From assembly GCA_041641295.1 (NCBI GenBank), contig JBEPYO010000001.1, forward strand, positions 152,677-184,676: a DNA stretch of 32,000 nucleotides, given 5' to 3'. This DNA comes from Nitrososphaerota archaeon. Lineage in GTDB: Archaea > Thermoproteota > Nitrososphaeria_A > Caldarchaeales > Calditenuaceae. Shown in pieces: positions 17,726 through 26,754 of the stretch. Under the pieces are notes generated by a model. The model was not told the DNA's origin. It saw only the letters and a program-made list of their open reading frames with translations, and ran no database searches. Position 1 is the stretch's first letter. Each line of letters begins with the position of its first letter. Both the position numbers and the translations under genes were made by a program.

Positions 17726-18799
17726 ATGGCGAGCCAAGAGCCTAATCTGAATACACCTAGGTCCAGTATGGCTGCAAGAGTGTCTAACTTGTTCGACAAC
17801 TACTACATAAGAAAGATAGCCTATAGCATAGTTACTCTTCTAGGCATTTCTATACTCATCTTTGTCATAGCGCGCGTCTTGCCAGGTGATCCCGCTAGAC
17901 TCGCATTAGGCCCCCGCGCGCCTGAAGATGTTGTAGAACAGTATAGGCAGATGCTCCATCTAAAGGAACCACTTTACGTCCAATATTTCGTATGGCTTAC
18001 AGACGTATTCCACGGCAGACTGGGAATATCTTTAGTCACATTCAGGGATGTAACCACGGACATTATAGAATTCCTGCCAGCCACAGTCGAACTCATAATT
18101 TTTGCGCTCGTTATCGACGTATTCGGCGCGTTTGGCCTAGGAGTATTAAGTGGCAGGAGACCCAACTCGGCCATAGACAATTTTGTGAGAGTATTCGCTT
18201 ATGCAGGAATAGCGATTCCTTCCTTTGTCTGGGCCATAATTCTACAGCTAATCTTGGCGAGCTGGCTTGGCTTACTACCTGCCTATGGCCGTCTGAGCCT
18301 AGGGTTCGAAGTAAAGAGGATAACGGGGCTTGTTACACTGGATTCCCTCCTGCAGGGGAATATACCTGCATTCTTTGACGCCTTGAGCCACCTCATCATA
18401 CCCTCCCTAGCACTCGCCATTGGAACAATAGCCCAAGAGGCAAGAATCCTGAGGGCAAACCTAATAGAGAATGTGAATAAAGACTATATTCTGAACATGT
18501 ACTCGCACGGGCTTCCAAGTTCTGTCGTCTTCTTTAAATACGCACTAAAACCCTCCATGATCCCAACCGTAACCATAATGACCCTAGACATGGCGTCGCT
18601 AATAGGAAACGCATTTCTAGTCGAGTTTATATTTAATTGGCCCGGCCTGTCAAGATATGGCATAACCGCTATGTTGAGAAAGGACCTAAACGCGATCGTT
18701 GGCGTAGTTCTTATAATTGGCCTTGCCTACACTCTAGCGTCTATCGTCATAGACTTGCTCATCTCGAACTTGGACCCACGCATTAAACACAAGAGGTGA
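17726..18799 (+). CDS. ABC transporter permease (DppB/OppB-type)
   Basis: Multi-span hydrophobic protein. N-terminal YIRKIAYSIVTLLGISILIFVIARVLPGDP is typical of the family. GAGGGG lies 2 nt upstream of the ATG. An internal ATG at 17768 is an alternative start. Confidence 0.85.
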   Translation: MASQEPNLNTPRSSMAARVSNLFDNYYIRKIAYSIVTLLGISILIFVIARVLPGDPARLALGPRAPEDVVEQYRQMLHLKEPLYVQYFVWLTDVFHGRLGISLVTFRDVTTDIIEFLPATVELIIFALVIDVFGAFGLGVLSGRRPNSAIDNFVRVFAYAGIAIPSFVWAIILQLILASWLGLLPAYGRLSLGFEVKRITGLVTLDSLLQGNIPAFFDALSHLIIPSLALAIGTIAQEARILRANLIENVNKDYILNMYSHGLPSSVVFFKYALKPSMIPTVTIMTLDMASLIGNAFLVEFIFNWPGLSRYGITAMLRKDLNAIVGVVLIIGLAYTLASIVIDLLISNLDPRIKHKR

Positions 18800-19704
18800 G
18801 ACGAGTGGGTAGGACAGTCGAAGAACAGAAGCGGTATCTCGGGCTTGAGCGAAGTGTTAAGAGAGAGAATCTGAGGCGAGTGTGGTTTAGATTTAAGAGG
18901 AGCAAACTTTCTCTCATTGGCCTGTCGCTTGTCGGTCTTCTAATTCTCTTTGTTGGCCTAGCAGAGTTTATCGCCCCCTATCCTGAGCACGCTGGACTAT
19001 ACATCAATTTTAAGGATGCCTACAAGCCGCCAAGCATGGAGCACCTGTTTGGCACTGACATGTATGGGCGGGATGTGTTAAGTCGCGTTATTTTCGGGTT
19101 TAGATACGCATTTCTCTTAATTGGTATAGTTTTGTCTCTAGTAGTGCCTACTGGTGTGGTCTTGGGCCTCATTGCCGGGTATTATAGAGGAACCATAATA
19201 GAGACAATAATAATAAGGCTATCGGACATATTCATCTCTATACCCTATCTGGTCTTAGCCCTAGCAATTGCCTCCATACTGGAGCCCAACATATACAACG
19301 CCATGCTGGCGGTGTCATTGATGTGGTGGCCCTGGTATGTTAAACTAACCCACTCTGTAACTACCTCTCTCAGGAATGAGCCATTCATCCTAGCCGCCGA
19401 GGCTCAAGGCGCCTCAACCCTACATATTCTCTTCCGCGAATTACTGCCCAACCAGCTAGGCATAATACTTACCAAAGTTACGCTGGACGCTGGATGGGTT
19501 GTACTGATAGGGGCCGCTATTAGTTTCGTCGGCCTCGGGGCACAGCCGCCGACCCCAGACCTTGGAACAATGGTATCCGAGTACAGTAAGTACCTCCCGA
19601 GTTACTGGTGGATGAGCATGGGCCCTGCACTCGGCATTGTACTGATAATACTCTCATTTAATTTGCTCGGCGACGGTATTAGAGACGTCTTCGCGGGTGA
19701 TTAA
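18796..19704 (+). CDS. ABC transporter permease (DppC/OppC-type)
   Basis: Multi-span protein with HLFGTDMYGRDVLSRVIFG, typical of OppC/DppC. GTGA start/stop overlap with the preceding permease gene. Confidence 0.85.
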   Translation: MRRVGRTVEEQKRYLGLERSVKRENLRRVWFRFKRSKLSLIGLSLVGLLILFVGLAEFIAPYPEHAGLYINFKDAYKPPSMEHLFGTDMYGRDVLSRVIFGFRYAFLLIGIVLSLVVPTGVVLGLIAGYYRGTIIETIIIRLSDIFISIPYLVLALAIASILEPNIYNAMLAVSLMWWPWYVKLTHSVTTSLRNEPFILAAEAQGASTLHILFRELLPNQLGIILTKVTLDAGWVVLIGAAISFVGLGAQPPTPDLGTMVSEYSKYLPSYWWMSMGPALGIVLIILSFNLLGDGIRDVFAGD

Positions 19705-19706
19705 GC

Positions 19707-20675
19707 ATGCTGCTTGACATACATGATCTTCATGTTCATTATAAGAGCTACTGGTATGTTCATAAAGTATTAAACGGGGTTTGGTTGAGAATGGCTGAGG
19801 GAGAGAGGGTAGGAATAATTGGCGAGACGGGCAGCGGGAAAACAACCCTCCTCAAATCCATATTGAGGATACTCCCTCAGAACGCAATTATTCCCCGTGG
19901 CGAGATAAAGTTCAAGGACATAGATGTGTTGAAGGCCGGCGAGGCAGAGCTTTCGATTGTGAGACGGCGAGAAATAGGAATGATATTCCAGGACCCTATG
20001 GCTGCGTTGAATCCGGTGTTTAAGATTAAGGACCAGTTATACGACATAATCAAGTATAAGCTGCTGGCCGAGGGGCATAACCCCACTAAAGAAGAGTTAC
20101 ACGACCATGCGGTAAGGGTGTTAAATGATGTGAAGCTCCCCGACTACGAGAGGGTTTTGGAGTCCTTTCCCTTCCAGTTAAGCGGTGGGATGAGGCAGAG
20201 GGTGATGATTGCCATGGCTTTAATTTCTGCAGGCAAACTTTTGCTCGCAGACGAGCCAACCACTAATATCGACGTTACTATCCAAGACCAGATATTGAAG
20301 CTGATCGACAGGTTGGTGAAGCAGAGAGGACTAAGTACGATACTAGTGTCGCACGCCTTAGGTATGGTGCGCCAAATGACTGATAGAGCCTATGTATTGT
20401 ATGCTGGAGACATTATGGAAGAGGCTAGGACGGGCGAACTGTTCGACCACCCGGCTCACCCGTATACAAGTTTGCTTATTTCCAGCGCCCCGAAGATAAG
20501 TACCCGGGAAATAGGTGAAGGAATTAGAGGGAAGCTGCCAGACTATAGATCCCCGCCTACTGGTTGTCGATTCGCTCCGAGATGCCCTTATGCAATGGAC
20601 AAGTGCCATACAGTCAAGCCCAAGAGAACTGTCATCAATGCAGACCACGCCGTGGCGTGTCACCTCTATGAGTGA
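19707..20675 (+). CDS. ABC transporter ATP-binding protein (DppD/OppD-type) with Cys-rich C-terminal domain
   Basis: Walker A GETGSGKTT, signature LSGGMRQR, Walker B LLADEPT, H-loop SHAL, and a C-terminal GCRFAPRCPYAMDKC...ACH motif. Confidence 0.9.
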   Translation: MLLDIHDLHVHYKSYWYVHKVLNGVWLRMAEGERVGIIGETGSGKTTLLKSILRILPQNAIIPRGEIKFKDIDVLKAGEAELSIVRRREIGMIFQDPMAALNPVFKIKDQLYDIIKYKLLAEGHNPTKEELHDHAVRVLNDVKLPDYERVLESFPFQLSGGMRQRVMIAMALISAGKLLLADEPTTNIDVTIQDQILKLIDRLVKQRGLSTILVSHALGMVRQMTDRAYVLYAGDIMEEARTGELFDHPAHPYTSLLISSAPKISTREIGEGIRGKLPDYRSPPTGCRFAPRCPYAMDKCHTVKPKRTVINADHAVACHLYE

Positions 20676-20686
20676 GGGGAGTTAAT

Positions 20687-21649
20687 ATGGAGAAGGACTC
20701 TATCCTAACAGTTTCTGATGTCAGAAAATACTTTAAGATAAAAGAGGGAATCGTAAAGGCTGTAGACGGTGTAAGCTTCTCGGTAAAATATGGTGAAACT
20801 CTAGCACTTGTAGGAGAGTCAGGTTCAGGGAAGACAACCACCGGGCATCTAATAATGGGCTTCTATCCACCAGATAGCGGAAAAATACTCTATAAGGGAA
20901 AACACGACCTCTCAATACCAATCAAGAGGCGTAGTCTTGAGTTAAAGAGGGAGATTCAGATAGTCTTCCAAGACCCAGGCACATCGCTTAATCCTAAGCA
21001 CATTGTTAAGGATATCGTAGGGTTGCCATTACGCATCCACGGACTAGCTGATTCGTCGAGTGTTTATGGTAAAGTGGCGGAGTTGTTAGAGTTTGTGGGT
21101 TTGGGTGAAGATTTTATGTTCAAGTATCCTCATGAGCTCGGTGGAGGAGAGAAGCAGCTCGTCGCAATAGCTAGAGCCCTCGCCCCAAACCCGTCTTTTA
21201 TAATCTTGGACGAGCCTACCTCCGCACTAGACGTTTCATCACAGGCGAAGGTCCTTAACACCTTAAGCAGAATACAGAAGGAACGGGACATTAGCTATCT
21301 CCTGATCACCCATGATCTGGGTGTTGTGCGAAATATATCGCACCGAGTGATGATAATGTATTTAGGGAAAATATACGAGGAGGCCCCTACGGACGAATTC
21401 TTCAGAGGACCACTACACCCATACACTCAGATGCTACTCTCCTCAATCCCAACACTGACTAGGCAGGACGAAGAAATTAAACCGAAGGGGGTTGAGGCTG
21501 TGGGTGAAATCCCGAGTGCACTAAGCCCGCCAAAGGGGTGTAGATTCCACACGAGATGCCCGTTTGCAAAGCCTATTTGTAGCGAGCGCGATCCACCAGA
21601 TGTTGTAGCAGATAGCGGACACGTCGTCAGATGCTGGCTTTATGAATAG
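20687..21649 (+). CDS. ABC transporter ATP-binding protein (DppF/OppF-type) with degenerate signature motif
   Basis: Walker A GESGSGKTT, Walker B IILDEPT, H-loop THDL. The signature position reads LGGGEKQ. ATG 20687 is preceded by GGGGAG with a 5-nt spacer and is preferred over the in-frame GTG 20672 listed in the ORF track. Confidence 0.9.
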   Translation: MEKDSILTVSDVRKYFKIKEGIVKAVDGVSFSVKYGETLALVGESGSGKTTTGHLIMGFYPPDSGKILYKGKHDLSIPIKRRSLELKREIQIVFQDPGTSLNPKHIVKDIVGLPLRIHGLADSSSVYGKVAELLEFVGLGEDFMFKYPHELGGGEKQLVAIARALAPNPSFIILDEPTSALDVSSQAKVLNTLSRIQKERDISYLLITHDLGVVRNISHRVMIMYLGKIYEEAPTDEFFRGPLHPYTQMLLSSIPTLTRQDEEIKPKGVEAVGEIPSALSPPKGCRFHTRCPFAKPICSERDPPDVVADSGHVVRCWLYE

Positions 21650-21656
21650 AGTTTGG

Positions 21657-22760
21657 CTATAGGTATTCGTCAATTGAGAGGGACTTTGGCAATTTAGTTA
21701 GGTTTGTGTGCCCGTCTTCAGTAATTATAACGTTGTCTTCCAGCCTAACTCCAAACCTCCCCGGTAAATATATTCCGGGCTCTACTGTGAACGTCATCCC
21801 TTTTCTCAACTCTTGGCTGTTATCACCTTTAATGTAGGGGGGTTCATGAACCTCTAATCCTAGTCCATGCCCAGTCCTGTGAATGAAGTATTCCCCATAC
21901 CCGGCTTTAGATATGGTCTGTCTAGCCTCCCTGTCTAGGTCGCCAGCCTTCGAGCCCTCCCTAGCCATCGCTAGGGCGGCTGACTGGGCTTTATACACAA
22001 TGTCAAAGATTTGTTGTTGCTGCTGCGAAGGCTTCCCGCAAGTGATAGTCCGAGTAATGTCCGAGTAATACCCCATATACCTGATGCCAATATCGAGAAG
22101 CACTATTTCTCCGTCACCAATTTTCCTATCAGTTGGCTCCTGATGAGGGAGAGCTGAATTACTTCCTGACTGGATCAGAGTGAATGCGACCTCGTCAGCA
22201 CCTAACTCTAATGCCTTCGTCCTTACGTAGGCGGCGAGCTGCTTCTCCGATAAGCCCTGCTTGACCTGACCGATACTTTCTACCATTAGTTTATTGTTGA
22301 TCTCTGCAGCCCTTTCAAGACATCTAACCTCCTCACCATCTTTAACGACCCTTAAAGAGTACATTACATCATCAACGAGCGAAAGACTCGAAGCGAGGCC
22401 TCTAGAAATTATTGGGTAAACAAATCTGTATGGGGTGCTTCCATCCAAGCCTAAGTTTTCAACATGGTATTTTGAAAAAAGTCCCCTCATTACATTTATC
22501 GGGTCTTCCACGTCACTATAAGCTAGAATCTCAGCGTTTTTTAACTTACAATTCTCCTCCGCCCGATCCTTCTCAAGCTTAGGAACTATTAGACACGCCG
22601 TCTCTTGTTCTCTGAATATCAATAGCGCGACTAAACGCTCTAGAGAAATTGCGCTATAGCCTGATAAATAATACATGTTAGGCTCGAAAGTCAGCATGAC
22701 AGCGTCGAGGCTTAAGCGATCCATATTCTCCCTCAATCTCTTTAACCTATCTAAGTACAT
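21657..22760 (-). CDS. M24-family metallohydrolase, Xaa-Pro dipeptidase/aminopeptidase (prolidase-like)
   Basis: All five pita-bread metal ligand positions are present (LLDIG, YYSDITRT, HRTGHGLGLEVHE, VEPGIY, RLEDNV). 367 aa. Confidence 0.85.
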   Translation of the reverse strand: MYLDRLKRLRENMDRLSLDAVMLTFEPNMYYLSGYSAISLERLVALLIFREQETACLIVPKLEKDRAEENCKLKNAEILAYSDVEDPINVMRGLFSKYHVENLGLDGSTPYRFVYPIISRGLASSLSLVDDVMYSLRVVKDGEEVRCLERAAEINNKLMVESIGQVKQGLSEKQLAAYVRTKALELGADEVAFTLIQSGSNSALPHQEPTDRKIGDGEIVLLDIGIRYMGYYSDITRTITCGKPSQQQQQIFDIVYKAQSAALAMAREGSKAGDLDREARQTISKAGYGEYFIHRTGHGLGLEVHEPPYIKGDNSQELRKGMTFTVEPGIYLPGRFGVRLEDNVIITEDGHTNLTKLPKSLSIDEYL

Positions 22761-22788
22761 GGCGAATCATCAAAGCGTGGTGGTAAGC

Positions 22789-22795
22789 TATAAAA
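22789..22795 (-). promoter_or_regulatory. TATA box for the M24 hydrolase gene
   Basis: Minus-strand TTTTATA is centred about 32 nt upstream of ATG 22760. Confidence 0.4.
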
Positions 22796-22825
22796 TTGTT
22801 GGTTAAGAAGTGGTAGGATCTTCAG

Positions 22826-22843
22826 AAAAATAATTCTCCGGAG
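22826..22843 (-). terminator. Candidate terminator of the hyuA-hyuB unit
   Basis: On the minus strand, 21 nt after the hyuB stop, the palindrome CTCCGGAG (22836-22843) is followed by a T5 run (22826-22830). Confidence 0.4.
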
Positions 22844-22863
22844 GGCCGCCTGTCAATCATCTA

Positions 22864-24615
22864 TCATGCAGTTTTCTTCTGCCTCTCCTTCTTCTTTTTC
22901 TGCCTCAACTCGTTCGTAGCGTCCCAATTAATCTCCAAGGTGTTTGGATCCAGCACTACACCATATATTTCTCTCGCCACTTCGATTGTTATGTATTCGT
23001 TCTTCACATCCATCCTGACCCTCTCTGGATCCCTTTCCAGCGGATCACCCCATCCTCCACCGCCACCGGACCTTAGACTCACTACTTCGCCTTTTCTCAA
23101 TCTGAGGGCGGCAATCTTTCTGGTAACCTTGGGCTCCTCGCCGTGCTTGAAGATTACGCAATAGTTGGGTGTGCCATTCATTCCCCCATCAACCCCCCAT
23201 GGCGGGAATTTGCTCCGACCTATCGAGACGGTAAAGTAGGCCTCGTCGCATAGGACGCGGTAGTCTTTTATCACTCCAAAACCTCCTCTAAATTTTCCAT
23301 GACCTGTCCCTCCTTCTACGTTTAGACAATACCTGTCCACCATTATGGGCATACGTTTCTCGTAAACCTCGTTGGATGCTATGAAAGTCTCACCGTCTCC
23401 ACAGGCTACTAGTCCACTCTCACCATCTTTGTCGTATCCTGCACCCCATCCACCTGGCTGAGGCTCTACGATTGCGAAGGGCTCTCCTGTCCTATTATCT
23501 ACTCCTCCAAGTATCGTTGCGAGAATCGACAAAAAGTGACCTGCAGTCAGCTTGTCGGGTACGTGGGGTGCAAGAGCTTTCCAGACCAAATCGGTTGCGT
23601 ATGCCATCGACTCCCAGTATGTGGAAGTTGGGGTAGGTTTAACCGGGTGAAAAACGGAGCCCGGCGGCGCAATTACTTTCAACGGCCTGAAGTAACCACT
23701 GTTGAAATGAACATGTGGGTCAGTAACGGCCATATACGTTTCTCTCACGCCCGAGACCGTTGCGGCATAGGGTGAGGCGATCGAGCCCTTCGCTGAGCCA
23801 CTCCCAGTGAAGTCTGCCACAATCTCGTTCTCGCTTATAGTAACTTTTACCCTTACGTATACCGGGTTATCTGTTAAACCATCGTCATCAATGTAATCCT
23901 CCGCTTCAAAAACGCCCTTCGGCAACTTCCCAATATTCAATAAAGCAAGTTTGTATCCATCATCTATGATTTTTTCCATTGCTTTCTTCACCATGTCAAT
24001 GCCATACTTCTCCACAAGTCTTTCAACTCGACGTGATGCAACCTTCATAGAGGCCACTTGTGCCTCCATGTCGCCGAGAGTATGTTGAGGAAGCCTCGAA
24101 TTCTCCAAGATAATATCTATAACATCTTTGTTCGGTTTTCCCTCTTTGTATATTTTAATACAGGGCAAAAGCAGTCCTTCTTGATAAATCTCAGTCGAAT
24201 CAGATGTCCAGCTGCCGAAGTGCATTCCACCAACCTCGCTCCAGTGCCCCTTGTTCAAAATTATGGAGAGGAGCTCATCCTTATAAAAGACAGGCATCGC
24301 TAATGTAACATCGTTTAAATGTGTACCCGATTTGTATGGAACATTGAGCCCAACTACATCGCCCGGATATAGCTCACCATTCCACTTATCGAGCACTTCT
24401 CTCGCAGCGAAGTCGAGGACGCCTGAGAAACCTGGGACACCGGGCGCTTGGGCTATTAAATCGCCTTCGGAGTTGGTCATGGCGACCGCGTAGTCTAGAA
24501 CTTCATAGATTACAGGGCTCTTTGCCGTCCTCCCGAAGGCGTAAAACATCTCTTCATTAGCCGTGATGAGGCCGCTCTTAATTATCTCCAGAGTGAAGAG
24601 GTCGGATTTGCTCAT
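22864..24615 (-). CDS. hyuB: Hydantoinase B / oxoprolinase family protein
   Basis: 583 aa. N-terminus FTLEIIKSGLITANEEMFYAFGRTAKSPVIYEVLDYAVAM matches the HyuB-family consensus. ATGA overlap with hyuA. Lys-rich C-terminal tail. Confidence 0.85.
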   Translation of the reverse strand: MSKSDLFTLEIIKSGLITANEEMFYAFGRTAKSPVIYEVLDYAVAMTNSEGDLIAQAPGVPGFSGVLDFAAREVLDKWNGELYPGDVVGLNVPYKSGTHLNDVTLAMPVFYKDELLSIILNKGHWSEVGGMHFGSWTSDSTEIYQEGLLLPCIKIYKEGKPNKDVIDIILENSRLPQHTLGDMEAQVASMKVASRRVERLVEKYGIDMVKKAMEKIIDDGYKLALLNIGKLPKGVFEAEDYIDDDGLTDNPVYVRVKVTISENEIVADFTGSGSAKGSIASPYAATVSGVRETYMAVTDPHVHFNSGYFRPLKVIAPPGSVFHPVKPTPTSTYWESMAYATDLVWKALAPHVPDKLTAGHFLSILATILGGVDNRTGEPFAIVEPQPGGWGAGYDKDGESGLVACGDGETFIASNEVYEKRMPIMVDRYCLNVEGGTGHGKFRGGFGVIKDYRVLCDEAYFTVSIGRSKFPPWGVDGGMNGTPNYCVIFKHGEEPKVTRKIAALRLRKGEVVSLRSGGGGGWGDPLERDPERVRMDVKNEYITIEVAREIYGVVLDPNTLEINWDATNELRQKKKKERQKKTA

Positions 24616-26672
24616 ACTCCTCCCCTCTCAGAGATGATTACGTTACCATATTTATCTACCGATACCTTCTGCGTATCCAAAACAAGAACTGTTGACGTCG
24701 GATCCTCTATAATCGCCGGCCCGTCAATCTTGAATCGGGGAGATAGCTTCTGCTTATTATAGACAGGCAACGTTAAATCATCACCATTCAAATAGACCCG
24801 CCTCTCCCCAATTAGAGCGTCATCGGACGACCCTGCTGGATTCTCAATCTCCTTGAGCTCAAACTTTCTTATCTTATACTCGCCGACGACGTGGAAGTTC
24901 ACAATTTCAACCGGGCCTTCTAGTCTAAATGCGTATTCTCGTTCATGATACTCGTGAAACCTGTTTACTATCAAGTCGATTTCTTCGGCGCTGATATTTA
25001 CTATTGGAATCGGGACTTTCACCGTATGCTCTTGGCCATAGTATCGCATGTCAGCGTACCTCTGGATCACAACCTCACCTACGCCTAGCTCCTCCTTGAA
25101 AATTTCGAGGATTTTCGTCTCAAGCTGTGAATATATGTCATTTATCCGCTTTATCGCCTGCTCCTTATCCAGCCGGACAATCTCTGTGTAAACGAGGTCG
25201 TGCCGTATATCTGTGGTGAGCATTCCCCACGCACTGAAAACCCCTGGCGGGATTACTGGAACTATTATCTTCTTTATTTCAAGTTCTTGAGCTATGAAGG
25301 GGGCGAACATCGGCCCTGATCCACCATGCACTATTAAGGTGAAGTCTCTTGGATCATAGCCGCGCTGGACCGAAACCACTCTTATAGCGAAGGCTGCATT
25401 CTCATTTGCGAGTTTAATGATGCCCTCAGCCGCTTCTTGGACAGAGATGTTATAGTGGTCCGCAACTTTTTGTTCAATTGCGTCGTGGGCGAGTTTTTTA
25501 TGTATTCTCATGGCCCCGCCAAGGAGGTATTCAGGATTGATTAAACCGTTCACAACATAGGCGTCGGTTACGGTGGGCTCTGTTCCTCCTTTCCCATAGC
25601 ATGCAGGCCCAGGATAGGCTCCGGCCGCCTTCGGCCCGACCCTCAGGTTTCCTATCGAGTCGATCCAAGCAATACTTGTTCCCCCATTTCCTATCTCAAA
25701 TGTGTCTACGACCGGCACCCTCACCGGATATCCAGCAGAAGTCTTGGTTCTCTCAACATAGTACTCTGTGTGGACTCGGGGGGTTAGGCCTTCTACAAGG
25801 CTGGCTTTTGTCGTGGTGCTCCCACCGTCTAGGACGATTACGTTAGTGTCCCCCACCAGTTTAGCAATGTATACCCCTCCTATTACGCCTGCTACCGGGC
25901 CTGACTCTATCGTGTATATGGGGAACTTCTTAGCTATGTCGAAGGTTGCTACACCGCCGTTGGAGAGCATAACGAATGGGTTTCTTTTGAAGCCTCTCTC
26001 CTTGAAAGCCTCCTCCAGCTTTGTCAAGTATCTTATGAGTTTAGGTTTGACGTAGGCGTTGAGAACAGCCGTCATAGTGCGTTCATACTCCCTCCACTCC
26101 CTGGTTATTTCATGCCCTAGAGTTACAGGGACATCCAAACGCTCCTGAACTATCTCGCCTGCTCTAAGCTCGTGGGCGGGGTTTGCATAAGAGTTTATAA
26201 AACTTATACAAACGCTCTCAACACCCTCTTTCTTAAATTTTTCAAGCGCACTCTCTACGTCCTCCTCCTTCATAGGTTTAAGAATCTCTCCATCGGCAGT
26301 GACTCGCTCCTCAACCTCCAAGCGCAGATATCTCGGAACTATTGGGTCAGGTTTTTGATACCTGAAATTATACATGTCCCTTCTGTTAGACCTTTGAAGT
26401 TCTAAGACGTCTCTAAATCCCTTTGTTGTTATTAGGCCGACCTTAGCGCCTTTCCTCTCGATGATTGTGTTGATGACTAGGGTCTGTCCGTGTATAATGG
26501 AGAGTACCTTAGAAAAGTCTATTCCACTCTTGGAAATTGTTCTTAATACGCCGATTGAGGGGTCGTGGGGAGTTGTCTCATCTTTGACCCAGATGAGCTC
26601 GCCAGTTTCATCGTCGTAACCTACTAGGTCGGTGAAGGCTCCACCGATATCAATCCCTATCCTATACACCAA
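24612..26672 (-). CDS. hyuA: Hydantoinase A / oxoprolinase family protein (ATP-binding subunit)
   Basis: 686 aa with an actin-fold N-terminus RIGIDIGGAFTDLV. Start is TTG 26672 or the adjacent GTG 26669. GGTGAT (26678-26683, minus strand) lies 5 nt upstream of the TTG. Confidence 0.85.
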   Translation of the reverse strand: MVYRIGIDIGGAFTDLVGYDDETGELIWVKDETTPHDPSIGVLRTISKSGIDFSKVLSIIHGQTLVINTIIERKGAKVGLITTKGFRDVLELQRSNRRDMYNFRYQKPDPIVPRYLRLEVEERVTADGEILKPMKEEDVESALEKFKKEGVESVCISFINSYANPAHELRAGEIVQERLDVPVTLGHEITREWREYERTMTAVLNAYVKPKLIRYLTKLEEAFKERGFKRNPFVMLSNGGVATFDIAKKFPIYTIESGPVAGVIGGVYIAKLVGDTNVIVLDGGSTTTKASLVEGLTPRVHTEYYVERTKTSAGYPVRVPVVDTFEIGNGGTSIAWIDSIGNLRVGPKAAGAYPGPACYGKGGTEPTVTDAYVVNGLINPEYLLGGAMRIHKKLAHDAIEQKVADHYNISVQEAAEGIIKLANENAAFAIRVVSVQRGYDPRDFTLIVHGGSGPMFAPFIAQELEIKKIIVPVIPPGVFSAWGMLTTDIRHDLVYTEIVRLDKEQAIKRINDIYSQLETKILEIFKEELGVGEVVIQRYADMRYYGQEHTVKVPIPIVNISAEEIDLIVNRFHEYHEREYAFRLEGPVEIVNFHVVGEYKIRKFELKEIENPAGSSDDALIGERRVYLNGDDLTLPVYNKQKLSPRFKIDGPAIIEDPTSTVLVLDTQKVSVDKYGNVIISERGGV

Positions 26673-26710
26673 ATATTATCACCTGTCATCAACCTTTAGG
26701 CGGAACTCTC

Positions 26711-26723
26711 ATTAATATAAAAC
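26711..26723 (-). promoter_or_regulatory. TATA box for hyuAB (gives an 18-nt-class 5' UTR carrying the GGTGAT Shine-Dalgarno-like motif)
   Basis: Minus-strand GTTTTATATTAAT is centred about 45 nt upstream of the start. The element is nearly symmetric, so it could also fire on the plus strand. Confidence 0.4.
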
Positions 26724-26736
26724 TAACTGTTATTAG

Positions 26737-26754
26737 TATGCAGTTGAATGCATA
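26737..26754. promoter_or_regulatory. Perfect inverted repeat TATGCA-N6-TGCATA upstream of the hyuAB TATA box
   Basis: The 6-nt arms are exact reverse complements. ATGCA recurs at 26738, 26748 and 26760, giving spacings of 10 and 12 nt. Confidence 0.35.

Noticed and set aside
20672-20686. GTG 20672 as the start of the second ATPase gene
   Set aside because: ATG 20687 is preceded by GGGGAG at a 5-nt spacing and gives a typical N-terminus. The GTG overlaps the upstream stop. It is not excluded but is less likely.
22011-22025. Five consecutive Gln codons (CAG CAG CAA CAA CAA on the minus strand) in the M24 hydrolase, a possible slippage-prone microsatellite
   Set aside because: It is only 15 nt, in frame, located in a surface-loop region of the fold (after ITRT...GKPS), and not a pure repeat. 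A single sequence gives no evidence of length variation.
21657-22760. Reading the M24 protein as creatinase, which would complete a creatinine/N-methylhydantoin/sarcosine pathway with HyuAB and the DAO flavoprotein
   Set aside because: All five metal-ligand positions of metallo-aminopeptidases and prolidases are retained (D, D, H, E, E). Creatinases are known to have lost them, so prolidase-like hydrolase is the better call.
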